DNA of 64,000 nt from Candidatus Lokiarchaeum ossiferum (GCA_025839675.1 CP104013.1:3105121-3169120), one strand, 5' to 3'; numbered from the stretch's first letter, positions 1-13,636 are shown. The notes: a model not told the origin generated them from the letters alone. Program-made: numbers and translations.

Positions 1-180
1 TGTTGTTGCATCCTTCGTCTTTGTTGGCGATTCAATCCTTTTGTAGACGTTGCTCTTTGATTCATTGCGGCATTGCCTTGAGATCTTAGAGATTTACTCC
101 TTCTTTTCTTTTGCTGCATTGATTTTGGTAATTTTCCCATTGCTATCATTCTGTTATATTTAGATTATTTATAAAAAAAA

Positions 181-687
181 TTAATTCTTAAGTTTTATTG
201 AATTAACACCTTTTCGTACTTTAACAGCGCATCCACTATTACTTGAAAGAATCAAATTCACCGGAGCATTCAATTTACCAATCGCTAGTAGTTCATCCGA
301 TTCGTCAACTACAAAGACTTCATCACCAATTTTAAGATTTTTATCAAGCAATTCAACATGCTGAGAGAAGACAGATTTACCTTGTCTAATAAAATCTGCT
401 ACATCATGTTGTACTTGGATTCGGTTATTTGGATTTGGAATTTTTTTTAAAATTCTAAGAGCTGCATAAAGTGTGAGTGAAAAAGTTCCGAAAGGAGATC
501 TATAAGTAGATTGTAATTCTCCTTGATAGAATATTTGCTTCACTTTACCAGTTCTTCTAGAAAACTTGATGACCATATCTTCAAAAGGTTCTAAAAATAA
601 ATCAGCAATATTTTCACTGAATTGGTAGCTGAAAATTTGATGTAAAACATGAAATAATTGAGCTTTAGATAAAGATTGCATCTTCAT
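181..687 (-). CDS. PUA-domain protein, possibly a Nip7-like ribosome biogenesis factor (N-terminal pre-PUA plus C-terminal PUA)
   Basis: 168-aa ORF. The C-terminal segment FVVDESDELLAIGKL...GCAVKV resembles PUA beta-strands, and the size matches archaeal Nip7. Confidence 0.4.
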   Translation of the reverse strand: MKMQSLSKAQLFHVLHQIFSYQFSENIADLFLEPFEDMVIKFSRRTGKVKQIFYQGELQSTYRSPFGTFSLTLYAALRILKKIPNPNNRIQVQHDVADFIRQGKSVFSQHVELLDKNLKIGDEVFVVDESDELLAIGKLNAPVNLILSSNSGCAVKVRKGVNSIKLKN

Positions 688-758
688 ATTAGTTTCACCG
701 CCGACGAAAGCATAAATGTCAGAAGTACAATAAAATCAATTAAAGAAATAAAAAAAAT

Positions 759-1985
759 TTATGCATATAGAGTAAATCTATCATGAGTCTTTTTTGATCC
801 TTTAACAACTTTTGTTATTGCTTTTTTGAAATCGGTCACAAGAATTGTGTCAGATTCCCTACGGATTGCAAACATTCCAGCTTCCATTACAATTGCTTTA
901 ATTTCCGCACCAGTTGCCCCCTCAGTAGCAGATAAAAATTGTTTGAAATTCTGAGCTTTTTTCTCAATATTCATATTTCTAGTGTGGATATGAAAGATTT
1001 GGAGTCTAGCGTCTTCATTGGGAGGAGGAAACTCGATCAATCGATCAAATCTACCTGGTCTCAATAAAGCAGGATCCAATATATCTGGACGATTAGTAGC
1101 ACCAATTATACGAACATCACCCCTATTATTAAAACCATCAAGTTCGCTAAGAAGTTGCATTAAGGTTCTTTGAACTTCTCTATCACCAGAGGTTGCAACT
1201 TGTAGTCTTTTTGAACCAATCGCATCAAGTTCATCAATGAAAATTATGGCTGGTGTTTTCTGGCGAGCCATATCAAACAACTCACGTACCATTCGAGCAC
1301 CTTCTCCGATAAATTTTTGAACTAATTCACTACCAATAATTCTGATGAAAGTCGCATTAGTTGCATTTGCTACTGCTTTTGCGATCATTGTTTTTCCAGT
1401 TCCAGGACTTCCAAACAATAAAATTCCTTTTGGAGGGGAGACTCCAACTTTTTTGAATATTTCTGGTTTTAATAAAGGAAGCTCCACCGTTTCTCGAACT
1501 TCTTGCAATTGATCTTCTAATCCACCAATATCATCATAAGTGTATTCTGATGGTTTTTCTTCAATTTCCATTACTTGCACCATAGGATCAACTACACTTG
1601 GCAGACGTTCCATTACTGAAAAAGTTCTTTGATTTAATGCAACACGATCGTTTACTTTCAAAGTCTCAAAATCTACTTTGCGAGCAATATTAACAATAAA
1701 AGAAGGTCCTGAACTTGATTTTACAACTGCACGCTTATCAGGAAGTAAATCAGTTAAATTTGCAGAAATCAAAGGAGGTTGACGTAGTCGATCTAATTCT
1801 TGCCTTAAATTTGCCAAATCTCTTTGACTTGATAGAAGTTCTCGCTCTAATTTTGACTTGGTGGATTCCAAATTTCTTAAACGTCGTTCCAAGTGTCTCG
1901 TATAAGTTATGAGGTAATTCGAATCTTTTTCTTTCTCAATTGGTATGTTTGAATCTTTATCCTTTTCAATAGCCATCCTTTTCAA
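759..1985 (-). CDS. pan: Proteasome-activating nucleotidase PAN (AAA+ ATPase)
   Basis: N-terminal coiled coil, Walker A GSPGTGKT, Walker B IIFIDELDA, AAA second region of homology; about 400 aa, typical for PAN. Confidence 0.9.
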   Translation of the reverse strand: MKRMAIEKDKDSNIPIEKEKDSNYLITYTRHLERRLRNLESTKSKLERELLSSQRDLANLRQELDRLRQPPLISANLTDLLPDKRAVVKSSSGPSFIVNIARKVDFETLKVNDRVALNQRTFSVMERLPSVVDPMVQVMEIEEKPSEYTYDDIGGLEDQLQEVRETVELPLLKPEIFKKVGVSPPKGILLFGSPGTGKTMIAKAVANATNATFIRIIGSELVQKFIGEGARMVRELFDMARQKTPAIIFIDELDAIGSKRLQVATSGDREVQRTLMQLLSELDGFNNRGDVRIIGATNRPDILDPALLRPGRFDRLIEFPPPNEDARLQIFHIHTRNMNIEKKAQNFKQFLSATEGATGAEIKAIVMEAGMFAIRRESDTILVTDFKKAITKVVKGSKKTHDRFTLYA

Positions 1986-2683
1986 CTCTATTGGAATTTT
2001 TCACTTTTCTCATGCATTTTTTTTGTTGTTCCTAATATGTCTAAGATAATCTGAGTTTATATAATTTCTTTTGGAAAAAATCTCAATCTTCTTGGAATAA
2101 AAAAGAATTATATCTTTTGTTTAAAATCTTTTTACTATTTGTTAGTTGAATTATTTTTGATGAACTAGAGGGATTTTTCTTGAGCTTTAAAATTTATGTA
2201 AAAATTAGATTTACGTGAGAAAAAAGGCTATCTCAGAAATAAACGCATAAAAAAAGATTGTGGGAAGTTCCACTTGAAATTCTTTTTAATGAAGAACAAT
2301 TAAAACAATTTTTTATTAAATTAACTTGTTCTCTTCTTTTCCGTGATGAAAACAACCTTCGAACAGTTGAGTTGCAACATTTTACATTATCAGTATGATT
2401 GTTACCTTACTAGATTTATGGCCAGAAGATAGTATTTTCATTTTAAGATCAAAAGGCAAATTGATGGAAACTGCAATTGCAAAATCATGCAAGAAGTTAT
2501 TTATAGTTGAACAAATAATGAGGTCGCACCTTTTATATAAGAAGTATATATAAGATTAGAATTGAAGAATGTTTGGATTAATAGAGGAAATCCTTATTAT
2601 TGATTTAAAGAAGATAAGAATTTATATTCCAAATTAATTAAGAATGGATTACTACGTTAGAAATATAATCTTCTAATCACATT

Positions 2684-2947
2684 CTAATAAGAAATAAATT
2701 CATACAACGAAATATTCTTTTTTTCGAGTCTATGAAATTGAGTTAATTCTTGTTCAGTAGTGATTATTTCATAATCACGAATTGAGAAATTATAGTCCAT
2801 TATAATAATAAATTGATGGGAACATACAGTTCCACTTTTGATAGGGAATTTAAGCAAGGAACCTGCATCAAAATTAAAAATATCATCTGAAAGAGTGATT
2901 CTCCGGGATTTAGAACAAACCGGACATATTATTCTAACTTTACGCAT
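2684..2947 (-). CDS. Small putative zinc-ribbon protein (hypothetical)
   Basis: 87-aa ORF with a CPVC...C.H cysteine pattern. Weak support, and it sits in an AT-rich intergenic region next to the rRNA. Confidence 0.2.
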   Translation of the reverse strand: MRKVRIICPVCSKSRRITLSDDIFNFDAGSLLKFPIKSGTVCSHQFIIIMDYNFSIRDYEIITTEQELTQFHRLEKKNISLYEFISY

Positions 2948-3139
2948 TTTTAGATCAATTATTTTTCAAAATTTTAATTTTAAATTTCTATATTTTTTAT
3001 CAATAAAAATATATGAACCAATATCAAAAGTAGTAAAATCAGCCCATGGCAAAGTCCTGTTGTACCAATTGTATTAGCTCTGTATGAAATCCGGTTCCTT
3101 GGCTGATTCAAAGCCAGGGTCCATATGTTCCTTTTCCAG

Positions 3140-6330
<3,191 letters not shown>

Positions 6331-7134
6331 ACGAACCCTGATTACTTATCTGAGACGAATTGTCTCGAACGGTCTTCATACTACTTCGTAGGTTATCAAA
6401 ATCGTTGGGAGACTTTTGATAACCTGGAATTTTAATACAATAATTAATTGTTTTTGACTTAATATGCATTTCACGATCTAGTTACTTTGCATATATGTGT
6501 CGGTACAACATGTTATCCGAATTGAATGCTAATTGTAGTTCAAAAAGTAGAAGTGTACAAATTTAACACGAACATTGGATCACTTTAACCTGATCAGATG
6601 TTACAAAACGAATAAGACTTTGCCATGGGACCAATGTTCATGCGTAAACGCATGCTGAACGGAGATTCGCCCGGATATTCCGACTATTCCAATCAAACTG
6701 AGTGGTGTTCTGTAACAGAACCAATAATCAGACCGATGCCTCAACGTTCCCATATCAACACGAGATCGATGTTTTTGGCTTGTTGTCGGTCAAAACATCG
6801 TCGCACTTTTGATATGCTTTTGAGATTAGATCGAGTTTGATAACTAAATCTAAGATAATAAGAGGTCTCTAATATTTAAAGTTAATGTCGCTTCTGAAGT
6901 AAAGTTTATATTAAATGCAGCTAACTTTGATTCCCGAAACATTAGATTTAAACATTTGCTCGTAATAATATTAAATCGAAACTTGTAATTATTGAATGTA
7001 TTAAAGTCATGGAATGATAAAAAAAAATGTGCAATTTATTAGATTTTTTTTAAAGAAGATTATCAAACAATACTCAGATATGAATCCTTGAACTACCAAA
7101 AAAATAAGTTCAAATATAGCTAAAGTGACATTCC

Positions 7135-8478
7135 ATGAAAAATCCATTTAGTACCAAAATAATAAGAGAAAAAATAATAATTTATTTAGATTTATCCAGT
7201 AAAGTTATATCAAAGAAAAATTTACTCAAAAACATCAATTCGTTTGTAATTGCTAAATTTGAATCAAATCCTCATCATGATTTTAGCATTTTTTACTTTA
7301 AAGAGGGTGGAGAACCTGTTATTCAAGATGGATTAATTTCATCAAAAAGTGTCAAACAAGCAATTGAAATTGCATATGATGAAAGATCTAATACTTCAAA
7401 TTACTTTGAAAATGGACTTTTCTTTTGTTTAAGTGGCATTGCTTCTTCATTTTTAGCTCAAGCAATCACTTTTAGGATAATAGTTTTTTCAGATTTACCA
7501 AGCGAAAAAAATACTCAATATATGGATGCATTGATGAACTTAGTCGAAACTGTTCGTACATTTCCAACTTTCATCGATATTATAAGAATTGGAGATGAAA
7601 GATTATATTCTGATGATGTTAAATTACGAATAATTACAACACTTACAAATGGTGGTTTATTTTATATTAATTCAGCAAAAAACTTAAAAGAAGCACTTGC
7701 AGGTTTAGTTCATAATAAAATTCTTCCAGATTTAAGATCTGAAGGAGGTCAATCTATTTCAGATCAACATAAATTGTATTACATGGATCTTTCCTTGGAA
7801 TTAAATCAACCTCCAATCCATCAACGATTGAAGTTAAAATGCAATTTGTGTGAAGATGGATTATGCCAGTATTGCAATAATTCGAGTGATCTCTTGAAAA
7901 CATGTCCTTCATGCGGAATAGCTTTACATGAATGTTGTTCTGCTTTGTATTCATGGAATTATAATATCGGAATGAAAAATATATTTCGCTGTCCTAGTTG
8001 TGGCAGTTTAATTAGATTGGATGAAAAAACAGTATATCGAGTGAATGGAGTAGAATTTCTCAATGAAATTGGAGAAAATACGAAAGAAAAAACTTTAGAA
8101 CCGGAGGAAATTGAGGAAAGTTGGAAACCTGAATCAATTCAAAAACCAAAACCGATCAAAATACCGAGTTCTATCGGAAGACAAACTAGCAATCACGAAA
8201 CAAAAAGAAAACCCTTAAAAACTAAAATGGGGTTATTTGGACCACGACCTGTGCCGTCAAATCGTGATGTTGAATTCAATCCAACAATAGAAAATAAAGA
8301 TGATAGCTTGATAAAACCTGAACCACAAAAAAAAATAACAGTAGCAGAATTGCGATTGAGAAGAGAAAAGAGAAGAGAATCAACCAAATCACAAGTAGTC
8401 GTGTGCCCAGTGTGTTCTTCTTATGCTAAACCAGGAACTGTCAAATGTCCAAAATGTGGATGTCCTATTAGATCTTAA
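7135..8478 (+). CDS. von Willebrand factor A (vWA) domain protein with a C-terminal cluster of zinc fingers (RING/PHD-like cross-brace plus terminal zinc ribbon). The architecture recalls Ssl1/p44 or Rpn10-type proteins.
   Basis: N-terminus IIIYLDLSS...is like vWA beta1 with a MIDAS-like DxSxS context. The C-terminus has CNLCEDGLCQYC...CPSCGIALHECC...CPSCG and a final CPVC...CPKCGC. A low-complexity K/P/E linker separates them. Confidence 0.55.
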   Translation: MKNPFSTKIIREKIIIYLDLSSKVISKKNLLKNINSFVIAKFESNPHHDFSIFYFKEGGEPVIQDGLISSKSVKQAIEIAYDERSNTSNYFENGLFFCLSGIASSFLAQAITFRIIVFSDLPSEKNTQYMDALMNLVETVRTFPTFIDIIRIGDERLYSDDVKLRIITTLTNGGLFYINSAKNLKEALAGLVHNKILPDLRSEGGQSISDQHKLYYMDLSLELNQPPIHQRLKLKCNLCEDGLCQYCNNSSDLLKTCPSCGIALHECCSALYSWNYNIGMKNIFRCPSCGSLIRLDEKTVYRVNGVEFLNEIGENTKEKTLEPEEIEESWKPESIQKPKPIKIPSSIGRQTSNHETKRKPLKTKMGLFGPRPVPSNRDVEFNPTIENKDDSLIKPEPQKKITVAELRLRREKRRESTKSQVVVCPVCSSYAKPGTVKCPKCGCPIRS

Positions 8479-8520
8479 ATACTAAATTGTAGGAAAAAAG
8501 TACTTTTCTTTTTGTTATTT

Positions 8521-9264
8521 CTATACATCGTAGGTTCCTTGAGATATCTCATATATTTTAAAAGAATTTTCACATTGAGCACATTTTAATGTAGTAGAAT
8601 CATTTGGACTAACGCTACCTGGAAATGAGAATCCCAAACCTTTTAAAAACAACGAATCACACTTTTCGCAACGAAAACACAAATAGCCTTGATTTTTTTC
8701 TTTATAATAGTTAATGATTTCATTATCGGTCATTCCAGTTGAACCAAAAGAATAACTGCCGTTTAAATCATATTTTGAAGCCATGTAAAATGCATCTTCT
8801 CCATCTCGATAATAATGACCAATAATTCTGATTCGTTCGAATCTATGAAGCTTCTCGTAAAGAAATATCGCCCCAGCATTGGACACTCTAACTTCTAAGA
8901 CATACTCTGAAATATTATATTTTGTAACAATTTCCATGCTTCTTTCAAGTAAGGCATTCGCAACACCAATCCGGCGAAATTCAGATAAAACAGCCAAAGA
9001 TACAAGATGGGCTTTTTTTACATAATCCAATCCAAATGAGGAAGGACCACGTTCAATTCTCCACATAATATAGCCAATTATTTTCTTTGGATCATCTTCC
9101 AGATAAGCAAGTTGGAAAGAATCTGGATACCGTTCGAGAATTTGTTCATAGAAGAATAAAGGATAATTTTCAGGAAGAGTTGTTTCATTCACATCCATAA
9201 CTAAGGAAATATCATCAGAAGTACATGGTCTCAAAGAGAACTTCGTATTATTCACTGCAGACAT
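8521..9264 (-). CDS. GNAT N-acetyltransferase (Ard1/NatA-like N-terminal acetyltransferase) with a C-terminal zinc ribbon
   Basis: GNAT motif A, RRIGVANALLE, within a roughly 160-aa core. The C-terminal tail carries CFRCEKC...CAQCENSF. Confidence 0.7.
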   Translation of the reverse strand: MSAVNNTKFSLRPCTSDDISLVMDVNETTLPENYPLFFYEQILERYPDSFQLAYLEDDPKKIIGYIMWRIERGPSSFGLDYVKKAHLVSLAVLSEFRRIGVANALLERSMEIVTKYNISEYVLEVRVSNAGAIFLYEKLHRFERIRIIGHYYRDGEDAFYMASKYDLNGSYSFGSTGMTDNEIINYYKEKNQGYLCFRCEKCDSLFLKGLGFSFPGSVSPNDSTTLKCAQCENSFKIYEISQGTYDV

Positions 9265-9317
9265 AGTTTTATTACCATTTTATTTATTTTATTTGAGGTT
9301 TGTTGTCAATCGGGATG

Positions 9318-10094
9318 CTAAATTTTGGATTGTAAATATTGGATCATATGAATCAGTGATTGATCAAGATTTTTCTTCTGATTAAAGTTATTTTTTATAC
9401 CTTTAATTTTTTCAGCTTTCATTTTTTTCATTGAACGTGCGATATTTACCATTTTAGGAATGCATCGAATTAAATTATCAACAATTGTAATATGAGATTT
9501 TTGGGCAGTTCTACTTAAAGGATTCAAATCAATAGCGATGACTTTCTTTCCACTCTCGATCAAAGCTTCAGCACGATCTCCATCTTCAAGTGGGATCAGA
9601 ACGACATCTGCAGAAAAAATCCCATCCGGATCCACAATTCGCCGATTGGAAGAAAGATTGTTTAATTTAACAGATACTTTTTCATTTAAACCCAATATTT
9701 TATCAGCACCATTATCTCGCAAAATTTGCTCAATAGCATTTAAACGACCAGGGGCTTGATAAAATAAGTTAATTTCTAGTAAAGATCCAGTTTCATTTGA
9801 AAAATCAACAATTTCTTTAGGAATAAGTGCGGCAACATTCCCATTTACACTGATTACTGGATGTTTAGCAGACAATATCATTGCAACTGCTGCTTCCATT
9901 GCGTTTTCTGCAGCGTCTGTGGTAGTTTCCCCAAGAATATAATCGTAAGCCTCCCCCCTACCATGTGCACATAATCCGGAAGGAGTGACTATCTTTTTTT
10001 CCATACCGTCAACTAGTACATGGCGATAATGGAGACTTTGTGCTCTAGGATGATCCTCGGGTATCGTTGGATTGTTTTTATTATTGGACATCAT
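9318..10094 (-). CDS. Archaeal 4-phosphopantoate--beta-alanine ligase (phosphopantothenate synthetase, COG1701-like)
   Basis: The conserved GLCAHGRGEAYDY segment and the roughly 250-aa size fit the archaeal phosphopantothenate synthetase family. Other CoA-pathway genes in the window (panB, panE, pantoate kinase) support the call. Confidence 0.5.
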   Translation of the reverse strand: MMSNNKNNPTIPEDHPRAQSLHYRHVLVDGMEKKIVTPSGLCAHGRGEAYDYILGETTTDAAENAMEAAVAMILSAKHPVISVNGNVAALIPKEIVDFSNETGSLLEINLFYQAPGRLNAIEQILRDNGADKILGLNEKVSVKLNNLSSNRRIVDPDGIFSADVVLIPLEDGDRAEALIESGKKVIAIDLNPLSRTAQKSHITIVDNLIRCIPKMVNIARSMKKMKAEKIKGIKNNFNQKKNLDQSLIHMIQYLQSKI

Positions 10095-10269
10095 TTATCC
10101 ACCTAAAATTAACTTTTTCATTGCAAGTTAAGAATTAAATTTTTATAAACAGATAATTGTTAAAAGAAAATTTCGGATTTGAAATTAATTAAAACTACAA
10201 TTTAAAAACATAAAGTTGAAAAAATTTGCACAACTCATTTTATTATAAAAAAATCAACGAGAGTTTATT

Positions 10270-11538
10270 ATGTCCACAAAATCAAAAAAAGAAGATGATT
10301 CCTATAAACGATATGTTTTAAAAAAAAATTTAGATATCCTGAAAAATAAAAAAGGATTTCATACTGGACTAATCTCGCTATTAATCCCACCTTCCCGAAA
10401 AGTTCACGATGTGATGAGTTATTTGAAGAACGAAGTTAGTGAAAGTTCTAATATTAAATCAAAAGGGAATAGAAAAAATGTAATGGATAGTATCAGTGCT
10501 TTAATGGGCAGATTGCGACTTATAAAATCCTTTCCACCCAATGGATTAGCAATGTATTCTGGTCAGATTCCTGAAGATGGAAAACCTGGGACAGAACAGA
10601 GCGAATTATATATGATAGAGCCCACCGAACCTCTAACAACTTTTAAATATTATTGTTCTTCGGAATTCTTAATAGATCCTTTACTCGATATGATCCGAGA
10701 GAAGGGGACTTATGGAATTGTAAATATTGAAAATAAGGAAGCTGCAGTTGGTTATATCAGTGGTTCAAAACTAGTAATTTCGAAAACTTTCACATCCGGA
10801 GTTCATAGTAAACATAAAGCAGGAGGACAATCTCAACGCAGGTTAGAACGATTAATTGAAGAGGGCGCTCAAGCTTTCTATAAACACGTTTCGGAATTTG
10901 TCAATTCTGTGTTTGTTGATATAGAAGATCTTGAAGGAATTTATGTTTCTGGAGCTGGAATGAGTAAGGAAAAATTTGTCAATAAGGGGGATCTGGATTA
11001 CCGTTTGAAAGACAAAGTTCTCGGATTTGTTGATGTAAGCTATTCAGGAGAAGCAGGAATTAGAGAAACAGTAATTAAAATTCAAGATAAGTTACAAGAT
11101 CTCCAGTATATTAAAGAAAAAAAAATCTTCAATCAATTTATGAAGGAAATTGTTAAAGATACAGGTAAAGTCACCTATGGAGAAGTGGAAGTACGCAAAG
11201 CATTGATCGCAGGAGCCATAGATGTTCTTCTTATGTCAGAAAAATTGAATAAAACAAGATTGACTGTGAGTTGCACCCAATGTGGCCAAGAAAATTTGGT
11301 TACAATAGATCCTAGTGAGGTAGATTCCTTTTATGAACAAATTCGAATCAGTCAATGTCCATCATGTCAATCAAATCAGAATTCAGTTTCCAGTGAGGTA
11401 GATTTAATTGAAGATCTTGGTGCAATTGCTGAAGAACAAGGAACCAAAATTATGATGATGTCAACTGATACTGAAGAAGGTACTACATTATTTCAAACAT
11501 TTGGAGGAATAGCTGCATTATTGCGCTTTGTAATGTAA
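10270..11538 (+). CDS. prf1: Peptide chain release factor aRF1 (eRF1 homologue)
   Basis: NIKS motif (NIKSKGN), GGQ motif (KAGGQSQRR), three-domain length of 422 aa. The C-terminal domain carries a CxxC...CxxC insertion. Confidence 0.9.
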   Translation: MSTKSKKEDDSYKRYVLKKNLDILKNKKGFHTGLISLLIPPSRKVHDVMSYLKNEVSESSNIKSKGNRKNVMDSISALMGRLRLIKSFPPNGLAMYSGQIPEDGKPGTEQSELYMIEPTEPLTTFKYYCSSEFLIDPLLDMIREKGTYGIVNIENKEAAVGYISGSKLVISKTFTSGVHSKHKAGGQSQRRLERLIEEGAQAFYKHVSEFVNSVFVDIEDLEGIYVSGAGMSKEKFVNKGDLDYRLKDKVLGFVDVSYSGEAGIRETVIKIQDKLQDLQYIKEKKIFNQFMKEIVKDTGKVTYGEVEVRKALIAGAIDVLLMSEKLNKTRLTVSCTQCGQENLVTIDPSEVDSFYEQIRISQCPSCQSNQNSVSSEVDLIEDLGAIAEEQGTKIMMMSTDTEEGTTLFQTFGGIAALLRFVM

Positions 11539-11552
11539 TTTTTTTCTACTCA

Positions 11553-12545
11553 TCATTCAATAAAAAATGGTCCTTTATCACAAATTTTTAAAATTTGAAG
11601 AGCAACAATGGAACTAAACCGCATGAATTCTTTTTTAACTGCTTCTACTTCACTTGAGTGACAGATACAAAAAACAGATTTCCCTAACATATTCATACTT
11701 GCACCAAAATGTGAAATCTGATTTAGAGCAGAGATTAAAGATTTTAGGTCCATTAAATTGAGGCGTTCTAAAAGCTGGGTTTCTATTAGAAACTTTTTAC
11801 AGACAAACATATAATTTAATAAAGAAAAATCCGCTTTCATCCTTTTCATTGCTTTTCTTCCTTTCAAATGAATTAGTTGTTTGTAATTTGTGTCAGTTAA
11901 TATAAACCTGGTTGAAATGGGCCCAAATGAACCAACTACGATACGAATTCCTGACGGAATCTCAATTTTTTGCATATTAAAAGGAAATCCTGGTTGTAAA
12001 GATATACTTAATCCACCAACAAATTGCCCTCCAACAGTACCTAATCCAGTATGATTCATTACTTCAGCAATATGAGCATATTTTCCGAGTTCATCATTAG
12101 ATAATCCCAATTTATACAACTTATTTAAACCAAAAGTGATTCCCAAGGCTCCGGCACCACTTGAACCATAGCCAGAACCTTGAGGCAAATCAAAAGTGTG
12201 ATATACTATCAGCGAATCCGTACCATTTAGGTATGATTTCATCAATTCTATAGCACTTCGAGAAGTATTAGCTTTTGATGTGCAATCAATTCCATCAATG
12301 AAAATAGAATATTGCATCTTATTAGGAATTGGATGAGATTCAGAGTACTTCTGTCGAATGATAACAGTTTTTCCAAAAGCATTTAAAGCGGGACCGCCCC
12401 CACGAGAACCAATCTTGACAAAATCATCTGAATTTCTATATTCGTGTTGATTAGATGGATCTTGCATCTGAAAAAAACCAGAAATTCGAAGAGGTACCCA
12501 AACTTCTACTCTATTTGATGAAGATTTTATTTTGGTTGAATTCAT
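11553..12545 (-). CDS. GHMP-family kinase, probably archaeal pantoate kinase (COG1829)
   Basis: GHMP motif LPQGSGYGSSGAGALG. The archaeal CoA-pathway context (phosphopantothenate synthetase two genes away, panB and panE in the window) supports pantoate kinase. Confidence 0.55.
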   Translation of the reverse strand: MNSTKIKSSSNRVEVWVPLRISGFFQMQDPSNQHEYRNSDDFVKIGSRGGGPALNAFGKTVIIRQKYSESHPIPNKMQYSIFIDGIDCTSKANTSRSAIELMKSYLNGTDSLIVYHTFDLPQGSGYGSSGAGALGITFGLNKLYKLGLSNDELGKYAHIAEVMNHTGLGTVGGQFVGGLSISLQPGFPFNMQKIEIPSGIRIVVGSFGPISTRFILTDTNYKQLIHLKGRKAMKRMKADFSLLNYMFVCKKFLIETQLLERLNLMDLKSLISALNQISHFGASMNMLGKSVFCICHSSEVEAVKKEFMRFSSIVALQILKICDKGPFFIE

Positions 12546-12613
12546 ATCGTCAAAGAAAAGTATCTGGGAACAAAAAAGAATATTTTCAATCCGAACATCC
12601 TTAAATTTATATC

Positions 12614-13330
12614 ATGTCTAATAAACGCATCTTGTTAAAAGTCGGTGGATCATTGCTTTTTGATAAAAACTTAGAAATTCGTGAAGAAATCGTTAAAAAT
12701 TTTGCGCAAATATTAAAAAACGCAAAATCTGTTGTTTCAGTAGTAGTTGGCGGAGGAAAAATTGCACGTACATATATTAATGCAGCACGTGCACTTGATG
12801 CTGGGGAATCTCTCTGTGATACTTTTGGTATCGAAGTTTCTCGTCTCAATGCAAGGCTTTTGATAGCTGCTTTGGAGGATAAAGCATACCCTGAACCTAT
12901 AACTAACTTAAAAGAAGCTCGATCTTCAACACTCTGGAATAAAATCTTAGTAGCAGGAGGATTTGTCCCAGGACAAAGCACAACATCAGTTACTTTTGAA
13001 ATGGCAGAAGCTTTGAAAGCAACTGATGTTTTAATTCTTACAAATGTTGATGGAATATACGATAAAGACCCAAATAAATTTCCAACTGCTTCTAAATTTG
13101 ACGAAATTGGTATCAAAAAATTAGAAGAGGTGATTTATGGGGAAGGGGGCAGTTCCCAATCAGCAGCGGGTGAATACCGCATTTTTGATGCAGTGTCTTT
13201 ACAAATTTTAAAACGAAGTCGTTTAGCTGTCAGACTCATCAATGGGGAAAAATTCGAAGAATTAAAACAGCTATTAGTTGAGGAAGACTTTGAGAATCTC
13301 ATTGGCACCAAAATCCTCCACTCCTTATAA
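12614..13330 (+). CDS. pyrH: UMP kinase, archaeal type (amino-acid kinase family)
   Basis: KVGGSLL N-terminal motif and VVVGGGKIAR...DTFGIEVSRLNARLLIAAL, typical of UMPK. Isopentenyl phosphate kinase is the alternative. Confidence 0.65.
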   Translation: MSNKRILLKVGGSLLFDKNLEIREEIVKNFAQILKNAKSVVSVVVGGGKIARTYINAARALDAGESLCDTFGIEVSRLNARLLIAALEDKAYPEPITNLKEARSSTLWNKILVAGGFVPGQSTTSVTFEMAEALKATDVLILTNVDGIYDKDPNKFPTASKFDEIGIKKLEEVIYGEGGSSQSAAGEYRIFDAVSLQILKRSRLAVRLINGEKFEELKQLLVEEDFENLIGTKILHSL

Positions 13331-13415
13331 CTACGAAAGGGATCATTTCAGAAAAAATAAAAACAATGGAACTTTAATTACCATAAGTTTATTTAAACGC
13401 AATTTTTTTTCATTT

Positions 13416-13549
13416 GCAGGGATAGCCAAGCCTGGTCAATCTCCTATAGGCGCAAAAAATTTAGCGTCACACTCTTTTGGAGGACTATCGGCGCTGGACT
13501 CAAGATCCAGTCCTGTAGGGGTACGTGCGTTCGAATCGCACTCCCTGCA
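13416..13549 (+). tRNA. tRNA-Leu (anticodon CAA) with a roughly 50-nt non-canonical intron in the D-loop (about 13440 to 13489)
   Basis: Acceptor GCAGGGA/TCCCTGC, D-arm GCC-AAGCCTGGTCAA[insert]GGC, anticodon stem-loop CTGGA-CTCAAGA-TCCAG, long variable arm, T-arm GTGCG-TTCGAAT-CGCAC, discriminator A. CCA is not encoded. Confidence 0.75.
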
Positions 13550-13636
13550 CTTATTTTTAAAACATTAAACATCTCTCTAAAAATTTTGAAATAGGTACTA
13601 AAAAAAACTTATAAAACAGTAGGGACGAAGAATTGA

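Noticed and set aside
1715-1912. 65-aa plus-strand ORF within PAN
   Set aside because: Antisense to a conserved AAA ATPase gene.
2000-3130. Search for a 5S rRNA downstream of the 23S and a 16S upstream (6400-7130)
   Set aside because: No 5S-like loop C/E motifs or 16S conserved tracts were recognised. Both regions are AT-rich spacers.
6615-6800. Possible RNase P RNA (ACAGAACC and CCCGGA-like segments)
   Set aside because: The P4-forming strands would be only about 40 nt apart, versus over 200 nt in real RNase P RNAs. Overall length and other conserved regions are absent.
12607-13116. 169-aa minus-strand ORF fully inside the pyrH (UMP kinase) gene
   Set aside because: It is antisense to a well-supported conserved gene. 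Composition-driven open frames are expected in AT-rich DNA, and it carries no motif.
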